Shown: in pieces, positions 14,301 through 27,700 of the stretch
Position numbering within the stretch: position 1 is the stretch's first letter
Layout of the letters: every line of letters begins with the position of its first letter
From: Antedon mediterranea
Taxonomy: Eukaryota > Animalia > Echinodermata
Assembly: GCF_964355755.1 (NCBI RefSeq)
Contig: NC_092679.1
Span: forward strand, 12,569,432-12,633,431
Reading direction: 5' to 3'
DNA length: 64,000 nucleotides
The notes under the pieces: model-generated
What the model was told of the DNA's origin: nothing
Seen by the model: only the letters and a program-made list of their open reading frames with translations
The model's database searches: none
Made by a program: the position numbers and the translations under genes

Positions 14301-17300
14301 CTGACCATTATTTGTATTCTTGATTAATGATATCTTTCCTTTCTGAAATTCACTTTTCAAACAGATTTCAGCAACTGAAGTGATGTTAATGCTTTAGTAG
14401 ATACCGATAAATAATAGGCTCTTTTTTTGTGGTTATTCCAGTTTATGGTCATATATTTTTTCCCTCTCTGACATTATTGTAGACCTACTGAATTCTCAGT
14501 ATATTGATAAAACTTTGCGAAGAAAAACAAAAGTGTATGTAGTAAGTGTTTAGATTAGTATGTTTGTGTACAGTACTTCTTTTCTTTGGTTGGATTCAAC
14601 AAACAAGCACATCACAGCCCAAGTTAAGTGCTTTAGTGAATTGAGGAATTATTTGTCAAACTTGTTTGTTTAAACACATGGAATTGACTTTTTCTTGTTT
14701 TAATTTCATTTTCATTAACAACAACACGAAAAATATTTGCTTAGATTATTTTGAGAACTGACCTATAAGCAAGTAAAAAGAATAGTAAAAAGTTAAGATA
14801 ATTTTTTGTTACTAAGCAAATTAGATGAATCTGGCTCCTCCGTGGCCCTGTAAGTAATACCTATACGTCATCGGTTCATACTCAATTGCTGGAGGTGAAA
14901 TTTTATTATGTTCATATTTATCTGTCTATTCCTAATGATTGACACATCATGTTCATAATTCCTACACTGTGATATTACCATTTATTATGATTGATAAAAT
15001 TTCACAGTGTAAGGACAGCTTGGATTTGAATATATTATGTTTCGAGAATCTATATATGATCTTTTACCAAGTCAGTTATGGTGTTATGATATTTGTTGGA
15101 TGGATAATTTTCACAATAGGGTTTCTGCAACATTGAGATTTTACAAAAATAATTTACTGTATATATCTGAGTATAATCCCATACGTGAGTATAATCCCAC
15201 CTTCTGTTTTATTCTTAATATGGATACATGAAAACTTCTGGTCAATTGTTAAAGTCAAAGAAATCCAGGTTTAATCCCACATACTCATTCTCAACAAAAG
15301 CCCCATGAGAGTATAATCAGTCATTTACTATGCCGATTTAAAACAAAACGAAAAGCTTTCAAGCTGAAAAACCTCGAAAGAACATTTTTCTTTAAAACTA
15401 GATTAATTTAGGGATTGTGGTTGGTTGTATAATGAAGTCATTATTGTCTACAGAATAGTCAAATGTTCCCGCCATTTAGTGACCATTTGATGTCAATTAC
15501 TTTGTAGCTAAAATAGAAACTATTTTTAAACCAGTATTGATGATCAAGACTATAATCAAGTGAGGTTTGTAAAGTAGTAATTCAGATCAGTTCTTTTTGT
15601 AGTTTTTTGAAAGGAACTATTTCTGTTGGAAAGTAAGTACTGTCATTTCAAAATGTGGTTTTAAAACCATATTCTCTTGATCAATAGAACCTTTAGTATT
15701 TCAAGGAAAAATATGAATTAGTTGATTGATATAGTACCGTGGATAAAATATTTCTTCATGATAGTACCTGATGAGCTTCAACAGTAACATTTCATTACAT
15801 ATAAGATCACTTCCTTTGTTATGATATTAATGGTACAAAATGCTGCTTATGCAGCACTTGTAATGCAATTGCAGACTTGCAGCAAGTGTTATTACCACTC
15901 TCATAACTTTGATCATTGGACAATAAACACGTTATTATTAGCAAGCCTGAAGCAAATGAGTTTCAACACGGAACTTGTCTTAATTCTCGCCCAATATCTG
16001 ACATTTGCAATGAGAAATAAAATCTCTTTGCAATTCACATACAAGAAATAAACATCACAGAGGATTTCTGTAAAATCTACAAAACTTATTTTTGACATTT
16101 TTATAATAAATAAATATAATTAATTTCTTATAATCATTTCTATGCATATGTGGTATTTTTAGATTAATATTCATTTCTAAATTAAATAATTTAGATTATA
16201 AATTTTCTTCTCTTTATTCTGATATAGCACTGTAAACATATGCATTTTACTATTATTTAAAATAATTAGGATTTAAATTATCGTATGTATATTGTTATTT
16301 AAATTGATTGTGACCAAATAAATGAAAGAATGAATTGGGATAATAGGATTCATTTATCTATTATGCAGTAAAACCTCTATTAAATGGACATATTTGGGAC
16401 CTGACAAAGTTTACTCCTTTTAAATGGAGGTATGCCTTAAAAATGAGATTTCCGTATTGTTAAAATATATTTTGCTCTTCTTTTGTTTTATGGGTTAATG
16501 GGGATGTCCCCTGAATAATAATAATACTTTAATTAAATAATAATGAAAATATTGTTTTAGGCCTTGTTCTAGGTCTATTGGCTAGGTAGAACAATTGGCT
16601 TAAAATACATCATGAGCTTTACTAGGTCTACTTACTGCATTTTCACTGCTGTGCTCTAGGCAAAAATGCACTGAACCTACTGGCTACAGGTTAGAACTCG
16701 CTCCCTAGATAAAGAAGTTTTAATTATAAAAATAAACTGCTTAGACTATGAAAGTTTTTCCAAAAGAAAGTAACTTAAAACAAAGAAGCAAGATGCTAAA
16801 ACTGGAATTCTCTAAAACTATACATTTCTTACAGCTTCATGTCTCAAACTCTTTCCTATAAGGAATCGATTAGTTTTTAATTGAACCACGAACATTGTTT
16901 TTATCTAGTAAACCCTTTCTTACAGCTCTATTTTTGTTTCACTGACAAAAAACATAGTCTTAATCAGATACTTTCATATGTTTTCCTAGACCATTGTGTT
17001 GATATTTTTACAATTTTTAATAGACTATGTATCATACTGATTTCTATATCTCTTTCTCATTGACGCTGTCAGACTACTTGTAGTCATGTGGCCTATATGT
17101 AATAGCAGAAGTCTTGGTGACAGAATATAAATGATAATCAAAAGGTCTAATAAGATGAACTTTAATTTGTAGATCTGGTGAAGTCTTCAAACTTATTATA
17201 TGAGAGTAATTGTGGAATTTTATATTAGAAAACCAAATACTCGTAAAATATAGTAGTATAAAAACTGTATTATAATTTGTTGTTATTTCAGGTTTATTGT

Positions 17301-17468
17301 TTATTTATATTAATATCAATAAAGCAATAATTTTCTGTCAGTAAATATTACAACATGTTTAGTTACAGAAACAGTAGAATCAATATTGAGAAAAAATCAT
17401 CTGGTTCCAAATTGTCTTTTGAATAAAGGATCATTTGATGTATTTATAAGCTGTCCCTGTCCAGCATT

Positions 17469-17661
17469 AGAGAGCTTTCGATCTGCAACAACCGGGGACC
17501 AACAACTAACCTAGGTCAGGTCAGTTGATATGTCGTTGGTCATCCTGGACCTAGGAACCATAAAATCCTTGTCAAGGTGGGGAATCTTGTCCAATATTCC
17601 TGCATGCGTGCAATGAACTAATGACATTTGTTCATCAGTCGTTGCAATTCGAAAGCTCCCT
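17469..17661. mobile_element. MITE, PIF/Harbinger-related (ANT target)
   Basis: TIRs AGAGAGCTTTCGA / TCGAAAGCTCCCT, TSD ATT; decayed relatives near 20140-20275 and 56170-56270. Confidence 0.75.
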
Positions 17662-18161
17662 ATTTTTATAGTTGTATGTATTGTATGTTAATATTATGTT
17701 AATATGCTGGTTGAATAAATAAACAAAATTAAATGAAAGGATAGGGGTTGTCTGTAGTTTTAAAACATATATTGCTCCTCGTTCACTATTACAGTGAACT
17801 GTCCCCTTAATTGAGGTTCAATTCAGATTCAAATGTATACTCACATAGACTGTGGGATTATTTGAATTAAAATAGGCTAGGCCAACTAGAGGCAGGTACC
17901 TGGTAGCCTATGCCAGATTATGATGTTGGATCATATGAATTATTATTTTCTTCCATAGCTACGAACTAATCCATTTTATATTGATCACTTCTTTTTTGAT
18001 CAATTCAATTTACATGCTATTTTAATAATACTATTCCATGTTTCACTTATCATCTTATGTTTTTATTTTCATCATATTCTTTTATTTTAATCATTAGAAT
18101 TAGAATCTATTATTTATGTTCTTCTGTTTATTTTATTCACTTTCATTGACGCTGCCGACAG

Positions 18162-18194
18162 TACCAAGCTGCCCATATGAGTCTCTTTGTGGAC
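18162..18194 (+). CDS. candidate 33-nt neurexin microexon (SS1-equivalent), x-PSCPYESLCG
   Basis: Long pyrimidine tract + gacgcTGCcgacAG | TACCAAGCTGCCCATATGAGTCTCTTTGTGGAC | GTAAGC. Open in phase 1; GC-richer than the flanks. Confidence 0.7.
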
Positions 18195-21100
18195 GTAAGC
18201 TTATTGATCTTAAAAATCTTTTTTCATGTTTCAGCCTGCCTGGGTTATTTTTTTCATTGTCACTTTAGTCCGCTAGAAAATCTAGGCTTCACATAACACA
18301 ATGTTTTTAACATGCTTGCTAAAAATGCTTTTGGTTTATATTTTAATGGTAATGGGTTCAATTTGTGGTGTTCTTTATTTTTTTCTTAAACGTATTCATT
18401 AAAAAAAGTCATTTCATTTTGTGTCATGGTAAATTTATTGTAACTGTATTTTTCGGTGGTTGTAAAAGATGATGTAACACAGCGCCGATTGCTTATCTAA
18501 ATATTTATCTTTTGCGCAATATCAAAGTTGTGTTTGTCTGCGGTTGCTATATCCATTTTGACATTTCATTAATTGCTCATCATAATATTTTTTTACTGAC
18601 CATAGCTGACATATATATTTTTTAACACAAAAGCTTTGAAATCTCTTTCTTGTAATAAATCTAGTATTTTTATCTAGTCTCGTTTTAAATGTGGTTGAGG
18701 GTACGTTGTTGGCATATTTTAGATGTGTGCATGGGTATCATAATTTTTGGTTTTCCGCACTTTGTGGATAACATTTGAAAACATTGTCACCAGACGAGAC
18801 ACATAGCATGATGACACTGATAGTGTCAAGCTTGAATACGGAATATATATAATTAACGTGAGGCCCAAAAATAAGGTTGCGTAACAGGCCCAAAAATATA
18901 GGGTAGTCAGGTAGGTAGGTAAAAACGAATAAAGAAAAAACCACTGTATCATTTTACTAAATACACATCAATCATGCCATCAAATATATCTTTAAATATC
19001 AATGAAAACTATTGACTATAGATAACCTACTAATTTTGTTTTCAGAAATACGTTTTATATTTTTTTTTATAATTTTAGACAATTTTACTTATTTTTGCCA
19101 AAGATACAATGTCTATTTCATGCATGACTGGTTCCGTTTATTAAGACAGATTCATTTCGAGACAGTTATATATATTAACACCTAACAACATATTGTAACA
19201 CACTGGGGACTTGGCCCATCTACATTATAAGCTTAAGACATAATAATTTAAATTTTAAGATAGCTTTCGTTTTTCTCCTGGGAAATAGAATAACAAAGTA
19301 GAGATGTTGGTAAAATTTTATGTATAGTCTTAGTGCATCAAATAATAATCTGAACAACATAAAAACATTAAACTAACTTGAATTTGAAATAGGATAGATA
19401 ATTTATATTTCATATTTCAATTTTGCTTGAATATGTTTACATGATATATTAATATTTAGTGTAGACCTAGGTGATGCCATACACATAATGTGTTTTACAG
19501 AAGGGAAGGTGGCGTCAATATTGTCTTGCATTCTGTGAAATGGAACAAATGTGGAATATAGCTGAAGTCGGGCACAGTCTTCAATTGTGTCCTACAGTAT
19601 TTCAAAATTATTAGGTTCAGATGTCTTATTAATATCATCCGATCAAGGAGATATAAATATTTTATTTATACCTCCATGGTCTAACCCAATATTAGATTCG
19701 ACTGTGCTGTTTTGAGCAGATAATCGGCGGCTCCACAAACTCTTCACTGTTTATATGCGAGCAGTGGGAGTTGATTACTGTAAGGTGGTTGCGAGTGACC
19801 TACTGGCAATTATTACTGTTTTCTTTTAATAATGATCTTAAACTTGTATCATTATGCCAAATTTGATTCCTTTTACGGGTTGATTAAACTTTAACAAAAA
19901 ATGCTACACTTAGGTTTTGTAAACTTCAGCAGATGAATGCCTTTCAAGGTCTCTTAATATCAATTAAAACAAATTAATTGACAAATGGAAACAAAAGACT
20001 AAATACAATGCATGGAAGAACGATAAAGGCTGCAACAATTAATTGACAAATACAAATTATATATAATAAATATGTCAAAGACCATTGTACATTTGATAAC
20101 TTCTTTTGGATACTGTTGTACTATAGTGGTGTAATATAATAGTGAGCTTTCGACCGACAACCAAATTACGTCATTAGTTCATTGTGCGCATGCGAAAATA
20201 TTGGGACCCTTTTTACCTTGACACAGGTTTAATGGTTTGTAGGTCCAGGCCAACAACATTGACTGACCTATCAGTTCCATTTTTCTTCTGTAATTCACTC
20301 ACTTTTCAATCAATTGTGAGGCCAAAACAAATGGAAGACTCTTAATTTGTATTAAAGAATTCTGGCAAAAACAGAAAGACAATTAATGCAGCAACTACAC
20401 AATGTCAGGCTAGGCCTATAGCTAGCGTATAACATTTTTTTTATATTTTATTTTTTAAGCACTGATATCTTTAATACCTAGTAAGAAGCAAATAGAGAAC
20501 CTGTTGCAAAAACTTATTTGTACAAGAATTTATGGACTGAAATCGGGACTGAAATTTCAAAATAACATCTAAATTACATAATGTAGTCTTTCAAAAGGGA
20601 CTATGTACAAATTATTTTACTGCAGTAACAGCATTTTGCTTACTCTTTAACCTGTTTATGCAATTATAACTATTATTGTTTAGATAACCATCAACGGTTT
20701 ATTGTAGTGACTGCCTCATAAACCTCTACATTGAAAGAAATTAAAAATCATATGTAAAAAAAATTACTAAAAAAATGTTACTGCATTAACTGCAGTAGAA
20801 TCATTTTGACATGATCCCTACATTGACATCTATTGATCAATTTTACTTGTAATTTCCAATGGTAATGTAATTTTGATCAATTCAAAGATTGCACAGTGTT
20901 AAAGGAAAATCCTAGTTTCCAGCCAAACTGTTCAGAAAGCTCAAATCACAATTTTGTATTTGATTAATATTGTCAATCTGCATAAAATAGATTTGCTTTC
21001 CAATCAAATTTCTATAATTACACAGAAAACATAATCCAAATATTGTGATACTGTAAGTCCGGTCAGAGAGAAAGTTTATATTGCCTTTAGGAGTAATTAC

Positions 21101-22339
21101 TTTATTTAGATATCATGATAGTAACAAATATAAATTTTATATACACACCTTCTGATTGGGTTTAGGTGGGCATGATATGTTTACTACCCGCATAAGAATC
21201 TTTATTATAGACAAACATTTCTATAAATAATTATGTTTGTCTTTATAATAAGTATTGGTCTAATACCATACAAACTTGGAAAGAAGCTCACTGGGCTTAT
21301 TTTCTGCTTTGTTGGGTTGTAAAATTGACAGGAAATATCAAAAATACTATAATTGAAGTAGCAATTCAAAAAATCCTAAAAACCCATGGGCTTGTTTTCA
21401 AGGTTTTACAGTATACAATTTAACTTTATTTTACAAAATGTTTTAATTAAGATTTAAGAAGTGAACTAATGAAAACCTATAATTTTGTATTTTCTATGAA
21501 TAACAAACACTGTTTAGTATAATTTTATTTTTATTTAATTGGTAAATAGTTTCCAGTTGGTTGGTTTAGCATGGGGAATTTTCTACTTTCTATGGACATT
21601 TTTTTTAATGTTCTTGATATTGTGTCGTCGTTTTTTTGGTCAAATACTAAATAGTTGTGAATTAACAGAAAGCTAACATTTCATTTTCAATTTTGCAGAT
21701 AACCTTTTCTTGTTTTTAATGTTGTATTGTTTTTTATTTTATGCCATTAAATTTTATAAGTGATTTTGTCCAGTTTAAGTACTAAACATTTTTGTTATCA
21801 TGTTTTCCCAAAGTTACAATTTTTACATTCTATTTGCTTATTTTTATACAGATATTTATACTTGTATCAGTTAATGTAAAAGGTTTAGAATACATTGATT
21901 TTTCTTATTTTTCATACTTGGTGAATAATGCTTTTCAAACAAGGTTGTCAATATTTAGCTGATGTCTTTATAGATGCCAATTTGTACTTATTATCCAATC
22001 ACAGATATTTATATGTCTATGATTAAAAGCATTTAGCCAATTCGAGGCAGCCTCGAACAGGAGCGATTAACATTTTTTTTCATTTGAACAGGCCATCATT
22101 TGAAAGTGTATGGTAATAAAAATGATATGAAATTAATATTGTTTAAATAAAAAAAGTATATATATATAATATGATTAGAGTCTTGGTTGGGGCGACTTTT
22201 TCTCATTCTAAAAGATTTCCTCATCTCTATTATTTCAAATTAATTAATTAAATTTCAGTATATCACCGGGTGGTTTAGAATTAATGTTCTTTGCCTAATG
22301 TGTTTATATATATAAAAGTATCTTTTCTGAGATCCCGCT

Positions 22340-22670
22340 TCGTGAATAAAAATACTGATTAGATGAGGGCGTATCAATTTGATCTCTGGTGCGCGTGCAT
22401 ACAATTGAGGACTAGTGCTGTTCCGCCGTACCACGCCGAGAATGTTAAAGAGTCACTATCCAATCGAGTTTGAACAATACCATGAAAGCCCCAGTGGTCT
22501 AATGGTTAGAACAACTGCATATCAAGCAGACAGTCCGAGTTTGAGTCTTGGTTGGGGCGACTTTTTCTCATTCTCACAGATTTCCTCATCTTTATCGTTT
22601 CAAATTAATTAAATCAATTTCAGTATATCTCAGGCGGTTTAGAATTAATGTTCTTTGCCTAATGTATTTA
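22340..22670 (+). mobile_element. family B TA-flanked repeat with an internal tRNA-like sequence
   Basis: Partial copies at 22177-22305 (+) and 10111-10194 (-); all adjoin (TA)n. Confidence 0.7.
22488..22559 (+). pseudogene. tRNA-like sequence (Asp-like, ATC in anticodon position)
   Basis: 72 nt. GCCCCAG/TTGGGGC acceptor stem, A-box TGGTCTAATGG, CTGC-ATATCAA-GCAG arm, CCGAG-TTTGAGT-CTTGG T arm, then TTTTT. Confidence 0.6.
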
Positions 22671-22724
22671 TATATATATATATGTTTAGAATTATTTTCT
22701 ATGCCTAATGTGTTTATATATATA

Positions 22725-23663
22725 TGTAACCCAGGTTTGTTTCCGCAACTTTATAATTAATCTTAACGAATAAATATAGCGCAAACGTAACTCAAATACA
22801 AAAACATCAGAACATAAATTTAAATGGAACAAAACACGGTTTATTCGACCAAACTAGAATAAAATAAAAATAAAACAAAAGAGAACGGAAAGTATGACTT
22901 ATCTAAGGCGCCGATAAGGTTATTCAAGATAAGGTAGCTACCGCTTCCAACGGCGACCTTGACCTCCGTCTTGCGTTTTTCGCCTTACGGTAGATGAATA
23001 CAGTTGATTTATATAGCAGTCTATACAAATAATTTCGGTGTCCGAGAACCAGTGGTTCTTCGGTAGCCTATACAAAGAGCCAATATTCAAAATAAAACGA
23101 ACAGTCTCCAATATGTACAATACAGTCGATCAAATATAGTTTTTTAGTGCAATATGCCAAACTAGCACAAACTTCCAATCAATGCGAACTTAAAACTTAG
23201 TTCGGTAATGTAAACTTCCAATCAACGCGAACTCAAAACTTAGTTCGGTAATGTAATTATACTGTAGTACATTAAAACGTAAGTTAGCTTTAAATAAAGT
23301 CATATATTTTAATATGTAACACTTAGAAATGACCAGCACTTCAGATGGCATAATCAGAAAAAGAGAATGAAACATGGGAACATACCCTAATATTGGCCTA
23401 GTCACCTGACCAAGGCTAATGCCATTGGTCAATCCATGTTGCTGGGGAAAAAAAGCAAAGGGTAAACTGGCCCTTATTGGCCAGTGTCTAAAAAACAGAA
23501 AGCTCTCATGCATTACCACATAGTTTATGACATAATGACATAAACAGCAAAGGAAGTTCTAACAAAAAGATAAACAACTAATTAAAACTTGGGCTTAACA
23601 ACAAAGAAAGGATTAAAAGATTATAAAATCTAATAAGGAAAACATGGTAAACCATGGCAGGGT

Positions 23664-23667
<4 letters not shown>
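22725..23667 (-). mobile_element. probable solo LTR inserted in (TA)n
   Basis: TGTAACCC...GGGTTACA termini, 943 bp, internal ~43-bp tandem duplication at about 23170-23255, AATAAA on - strand. Confidence 0.7.
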
Positions 23668-23713
<46 letters not shown>

Positions 23714-23776
23714 CGAAGAATATCAAATGTAATAGAAGAAGATGCACTTTTTTTTATGTGACAAACCAGCGTTCCT

Positions 23777-23827
23777 TTACTTACAGTTTCGTTACTCGAC
23801 ATTCCTTGTATGTCATCTTCAGAGTAA
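23777..23827 (-). ncRNA. degenerate hammerhead-like motif
   Basis: UUACU CUGAAGA UGACAU-ACAAGGA-AUGUCG AGUAAC GAAACUGUA AGUAA. Extra bases before GAAA; lies near the long (TA)n at 23667-23710. Confidence 0.45.
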
Positions 23828-24048
23828 CAGTTAAGCAAACTGCACCATATGTGGCATAAACTTTACGTTGGTTTGTCTTATTTTCTAGTTGAATTTACAG
23901 ATCAGATCAATATTTTTTCTCAAATAAATAATGGGTTTTATTTACTTTCAATAGATAAATTGGTAGTTTGGCAACAAAGAGCAATTAAGAATAATTTTAA
24001 TTAACAGTTGAATAATTTTAATTAACAGTTAATTAATTTAAATTTTAG

Positions 24049-24344
24049 CTAAAAAGACAGCTGCTGGAACATTTGATGGAGATGCATATTTTTACTACGA
24101 CCTCAGCAATGATGGTATAGACAGCAGCAATGACGATATCACGTTTGAATTCCGAACACAGCATACAACAGGACTTATACTCGGTGCAAAACACCAATAC
24201 GACTATTTGTATGTTGGGCTGTCAGACGGTCACTTGCATGTTAAGTACAATGTTGGAAGTGGGGCGTTTGATCGTAAGATGGGCTGGCAGTCTTTGGCTG
24301 ATAACAGTTGGCATCGTGTCAACATTAGACGTACGTCACAAGAG
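24049..24344 (+). CDS. NRXN: alpha-neurexin exon, N-terminal part of LNS2 (laminin G) domain
   Basis: ttttAG acceptor, GTAAGT donor, phase 1 to 0. Reads KKTAAGTFDGDAYFYYDLSNDGIDSSNDDITFEFRTQHTTGLILGAKHQYDYLYVGLSDGHLHVKYNVGSGAFDRKMGWQSLADNSWHRVNIRRTSQE, matching recalled neurexin LNS2 ([31 protein letters not shown]...NLGSGAFE...DNAWHDVKVTR). This frame is absent from the ORF track. Confidence 0.95.
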
Positions 24345-24795
24345 GTAAGTGTAAAAAATAGCTTGTTTTTGTAGATATAAAGTACAATAGAAACTAGGAA
24401 CATTCCTATTAAGCCATTGCAAATAAATTAACATAAAAGTGCAAAGAGTGTGTTATTTATCCCAAACAATTAACTCCCTCCTCCTTTTAAGAACAATTAA
24501 ACTGGTTGTAATTTATTTGTGAGTATGAGATATTCCATGTAGTAATTGTCTGGAGAGTAAATGTCTAGGGTTAGTTGTATCTTTCTAATTCATTCATTCT
24601 GCTTTCATTCATTCTGCTTTTATTCAATATTTTTCTTTGCAGTATATATAAAATAAAACTGAATTGCGAGAGATTTACATATAAAATTGGTACAAGCTTT
24701 CAAACATCAAAATTTACAACATTAAAAAGTTAAAAAGTTAAAAAAAATATTTTTAAAAAGGAGATATTACACATGGAAGAAACTGATGAAAGTAC

Positions 24796-27700
24796 TTATT
24801 ACTTATTATTATTATTATTGTTGTGTTTATTTTGGTTTATTAATTAGTCTACACAGTGCTGGGAAACATGAGTTGTTGAATCTTTTAGTATTGCCATATA
24901 TTTCACTTTGCTTCTTAGCATTCCTAAGTATCCTGCCACACGTTTCGCCTCTCAATTTAGGAAGTGCGTTAGGAACGATTTTGTTAAGATTTTTAGCAAA
25001 ATCAAGAAGAATATCTTCTCTTCTTTGATCTAAAAATTTAAGATTAAGTAGTTTAATTGCTTGATCATAGGATGCATATTCTTGTCCGAGAATTATTCTA
25101 CATGCGCGTTTCTGTATAGATTCAAGCTCCATGGATTGTGCTATGGTTAAGGCAGAGTGCCATACCGGACACGCATATTCAGTTACAGGTCTTATGTGGC
25201 TAATATACATTTGACGCAGATGGTTACAAGGCATTCCAAATCTTTTTAAACATGTCAACATATGTAATCTCTTACTGGCTCTATTAACAACATCGTGGAT
25301 ATGCATATTCCATTTCAGATCATTAGTGATCTGAACCCCAAGTAACTTTAAGCATTCAACATTGGTTATTTTTATATTATTTATCGTAAATGATTTAACA
25401 ATGGGTTGAGATTTGGTAAAAGAAATGTTCATAAAGTTAGTTTTTTCAATATTAATTATCATATTATTGTCTTTGGTCCATTGTGATAGTTCGTTTAATT
25501 GATCTTGAACATTAGGCAGGGTTTTCTTGTTGTGAACTTCACATATTGACAAATCATCTACATACTTCCACCGATTTGGGAAGTCTCTAAGCGAATTGTT
25601 AACCATTACTTGGAAAATTAAGGGACCCAGTTTCGTCCCCTGAGGAACTCCGCAAGTTATTCCTTGCCAGTTTGAAAAACCGCCATTGAGTTTCACTCTC
25701 TGTTTACGTTCGCTCAGAAAATCACAAATCCACGGCATCAATTCAGGTTGAACTCCAATATCAATTAACTTCTTGACAGCGATTGTATGATCAATTAGGT
25801 CAAACGCTTTACGAAAATCAACTGCAATAACCGTTGCTTCGTGTCCAGGTTTATCAAGACCTTGAAGTAAATAGTGTAACATGCTAGTAAGATAGTGACT
25901 TGTAGACGCTCCTGTGCGATTTCCAAATTGCATTTCGTCTAATTTAGGCGCGATCTTGGGTTTTATCCATGACGAGACAAAGTGTTCTAGCATGCGTACA
26001 AAAATTGGTGTAACGGATATGGGTCTGATTTGATTTAAGTTAACCGGTCCTTTCACTTTAGGAAGTGGGGTTATGGTCGCCTCTTTCCACTTGCGCGGGA
26101 CTATGCCTTGCGAGAGTGATGCATTGTAGATGTCAACTAACGGTGATGCAATTTCAAATGCGAATTCTTTGATGACGCGAGGCGGTAGATCACCCGGGGC
26201 AACTGATTTGTTGCAGTTTATTTTCTGAAGCTGATGATACACCTGCCAGAAGTTGAGTGTCGGTGCATAGCCACAAGGAAGGTATGATGGTAGACTATTA
26301 GTTTGTAGGGGTTCAATCTTCTGGCATATATTCGCTAGGTAGTTATTTATTAGTTCGCAAATTTTTAGCGGATCGGTTTCTTCAGTTTCTAGATTCAACA
26401 CCGATTTCTTTTTATTCGTACCGCATATTTGGTTAACTTTTTGGAACCACTGCTTTGCGTTAGTGTTTTGCAGATTGTTAACTTCGTATTTGTAGTATTT
26501 AATCTTTGCTTGTTTGATTTCTCAAATTACTTGGTTTCTAAGTGTACGGAAATGGCGGGACATTTTTCCATATTTATGAAAGCTAATTTGTCTCTCCTTA
26601 CAAAGTCCTTTTTTTTTTGGTGTGATCCATGGTTTGTCATTTGAATGAACTTTAATTCTGCGCTTTGGAAAACAACGTTCGTATGCCAGACATAATGTTG
26701 ATTCGAAAATATTTACTTTTTCATCAAGGTCGTCGGTTTCCAGTATTTCATGCCAATCTTGTGATGTTATCCATTGACCAAATCTATTGCAAGCAGATTC
26801 GCTAAAAGGCCGGAAAGACTTAATAACATTGCGGCCCTTAATGCAGACGAATCCAGGTTTTGGTTTCCATAAAATCGAATTATGGTCACTACGACCAAAG
26901 GGTGCATGAACAACCGGTTCTTCGTAATGTTGATAAAAGTTAGTTATAAGCAAGTCCAGAATATTACCACTGTTGTCCCTAGTTGAAGTTTTGACAACTT
27001 GTCGAAGACCAGTTGACGAGCAAAATTGTTTAACTTTCGCGCGGGCTTCGTTAAAATCACCGCTAATGAGAATCGCCGCTGACGGTGATGATGTTCTAAT
27101 GCTGTCAACGGATTCTCTTAAATAACGAAGAAGTGTTGTTTGTGTACTAACTGGTTGTCCAGGGCTGTAATAAATAATACACAAATGTAAGGATGACATG
27201 ATCCGTGGCGTTTTTGGTAGCGATACTTTAATCCACATACCTTCCAGAACATCTGGAATAGGAATAGGATTGATTGTGCGAGCTTTGATAGTATCCTTAA
27301 TTAGTGCAGCTACGCCACCCCCTATACGATCACTCCGTCCACTACTAAAACAAGAGTATCCGTCGATATTAATTTTGTGTTCGTTTTCTTTATTAGTCCA
27401 TGATTCACTAAACAGGCCAATGTCAATATGTTTATCTTCCAAATACATAGAAATTTCATCAATCTTATTCATTATAGACTATGGATTTGTAAGCATAACT
27501 ATTGGAAACTGACTAGGCTTACCTTTCCGCTGTTCATCTATTACGCTATAAGTGGTGGATGCTTTTTGTAACGTTCGTAAGTTGTATAGGTTCCGCGTCC
27601 TCTTTTCGATACCGGTAATAGGCCTACAGTTCCATGTATAACGATTAGAAGTCATTACACGTATTCGCCTTTTTGTTCCACCGCGAACTCCCCTCCGTCT

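Noticed and set aside
14825-14849. GC-rich AG...GTAAGT microexon-like segment
   Set aside because: 25 nt shifts the frame, the alternative 33-nt version has an in-frame TAG, and the pyrimidine tract is weak.
24130-24348. 72-aa ORF from the track
   Set aside because: Wrong frame of the neurexin LNS2 exon.
24492-24518. 27-nt SS2 insert candidate ending at GTGAGT
   Set aside because: In-frame TAA in phase 0.
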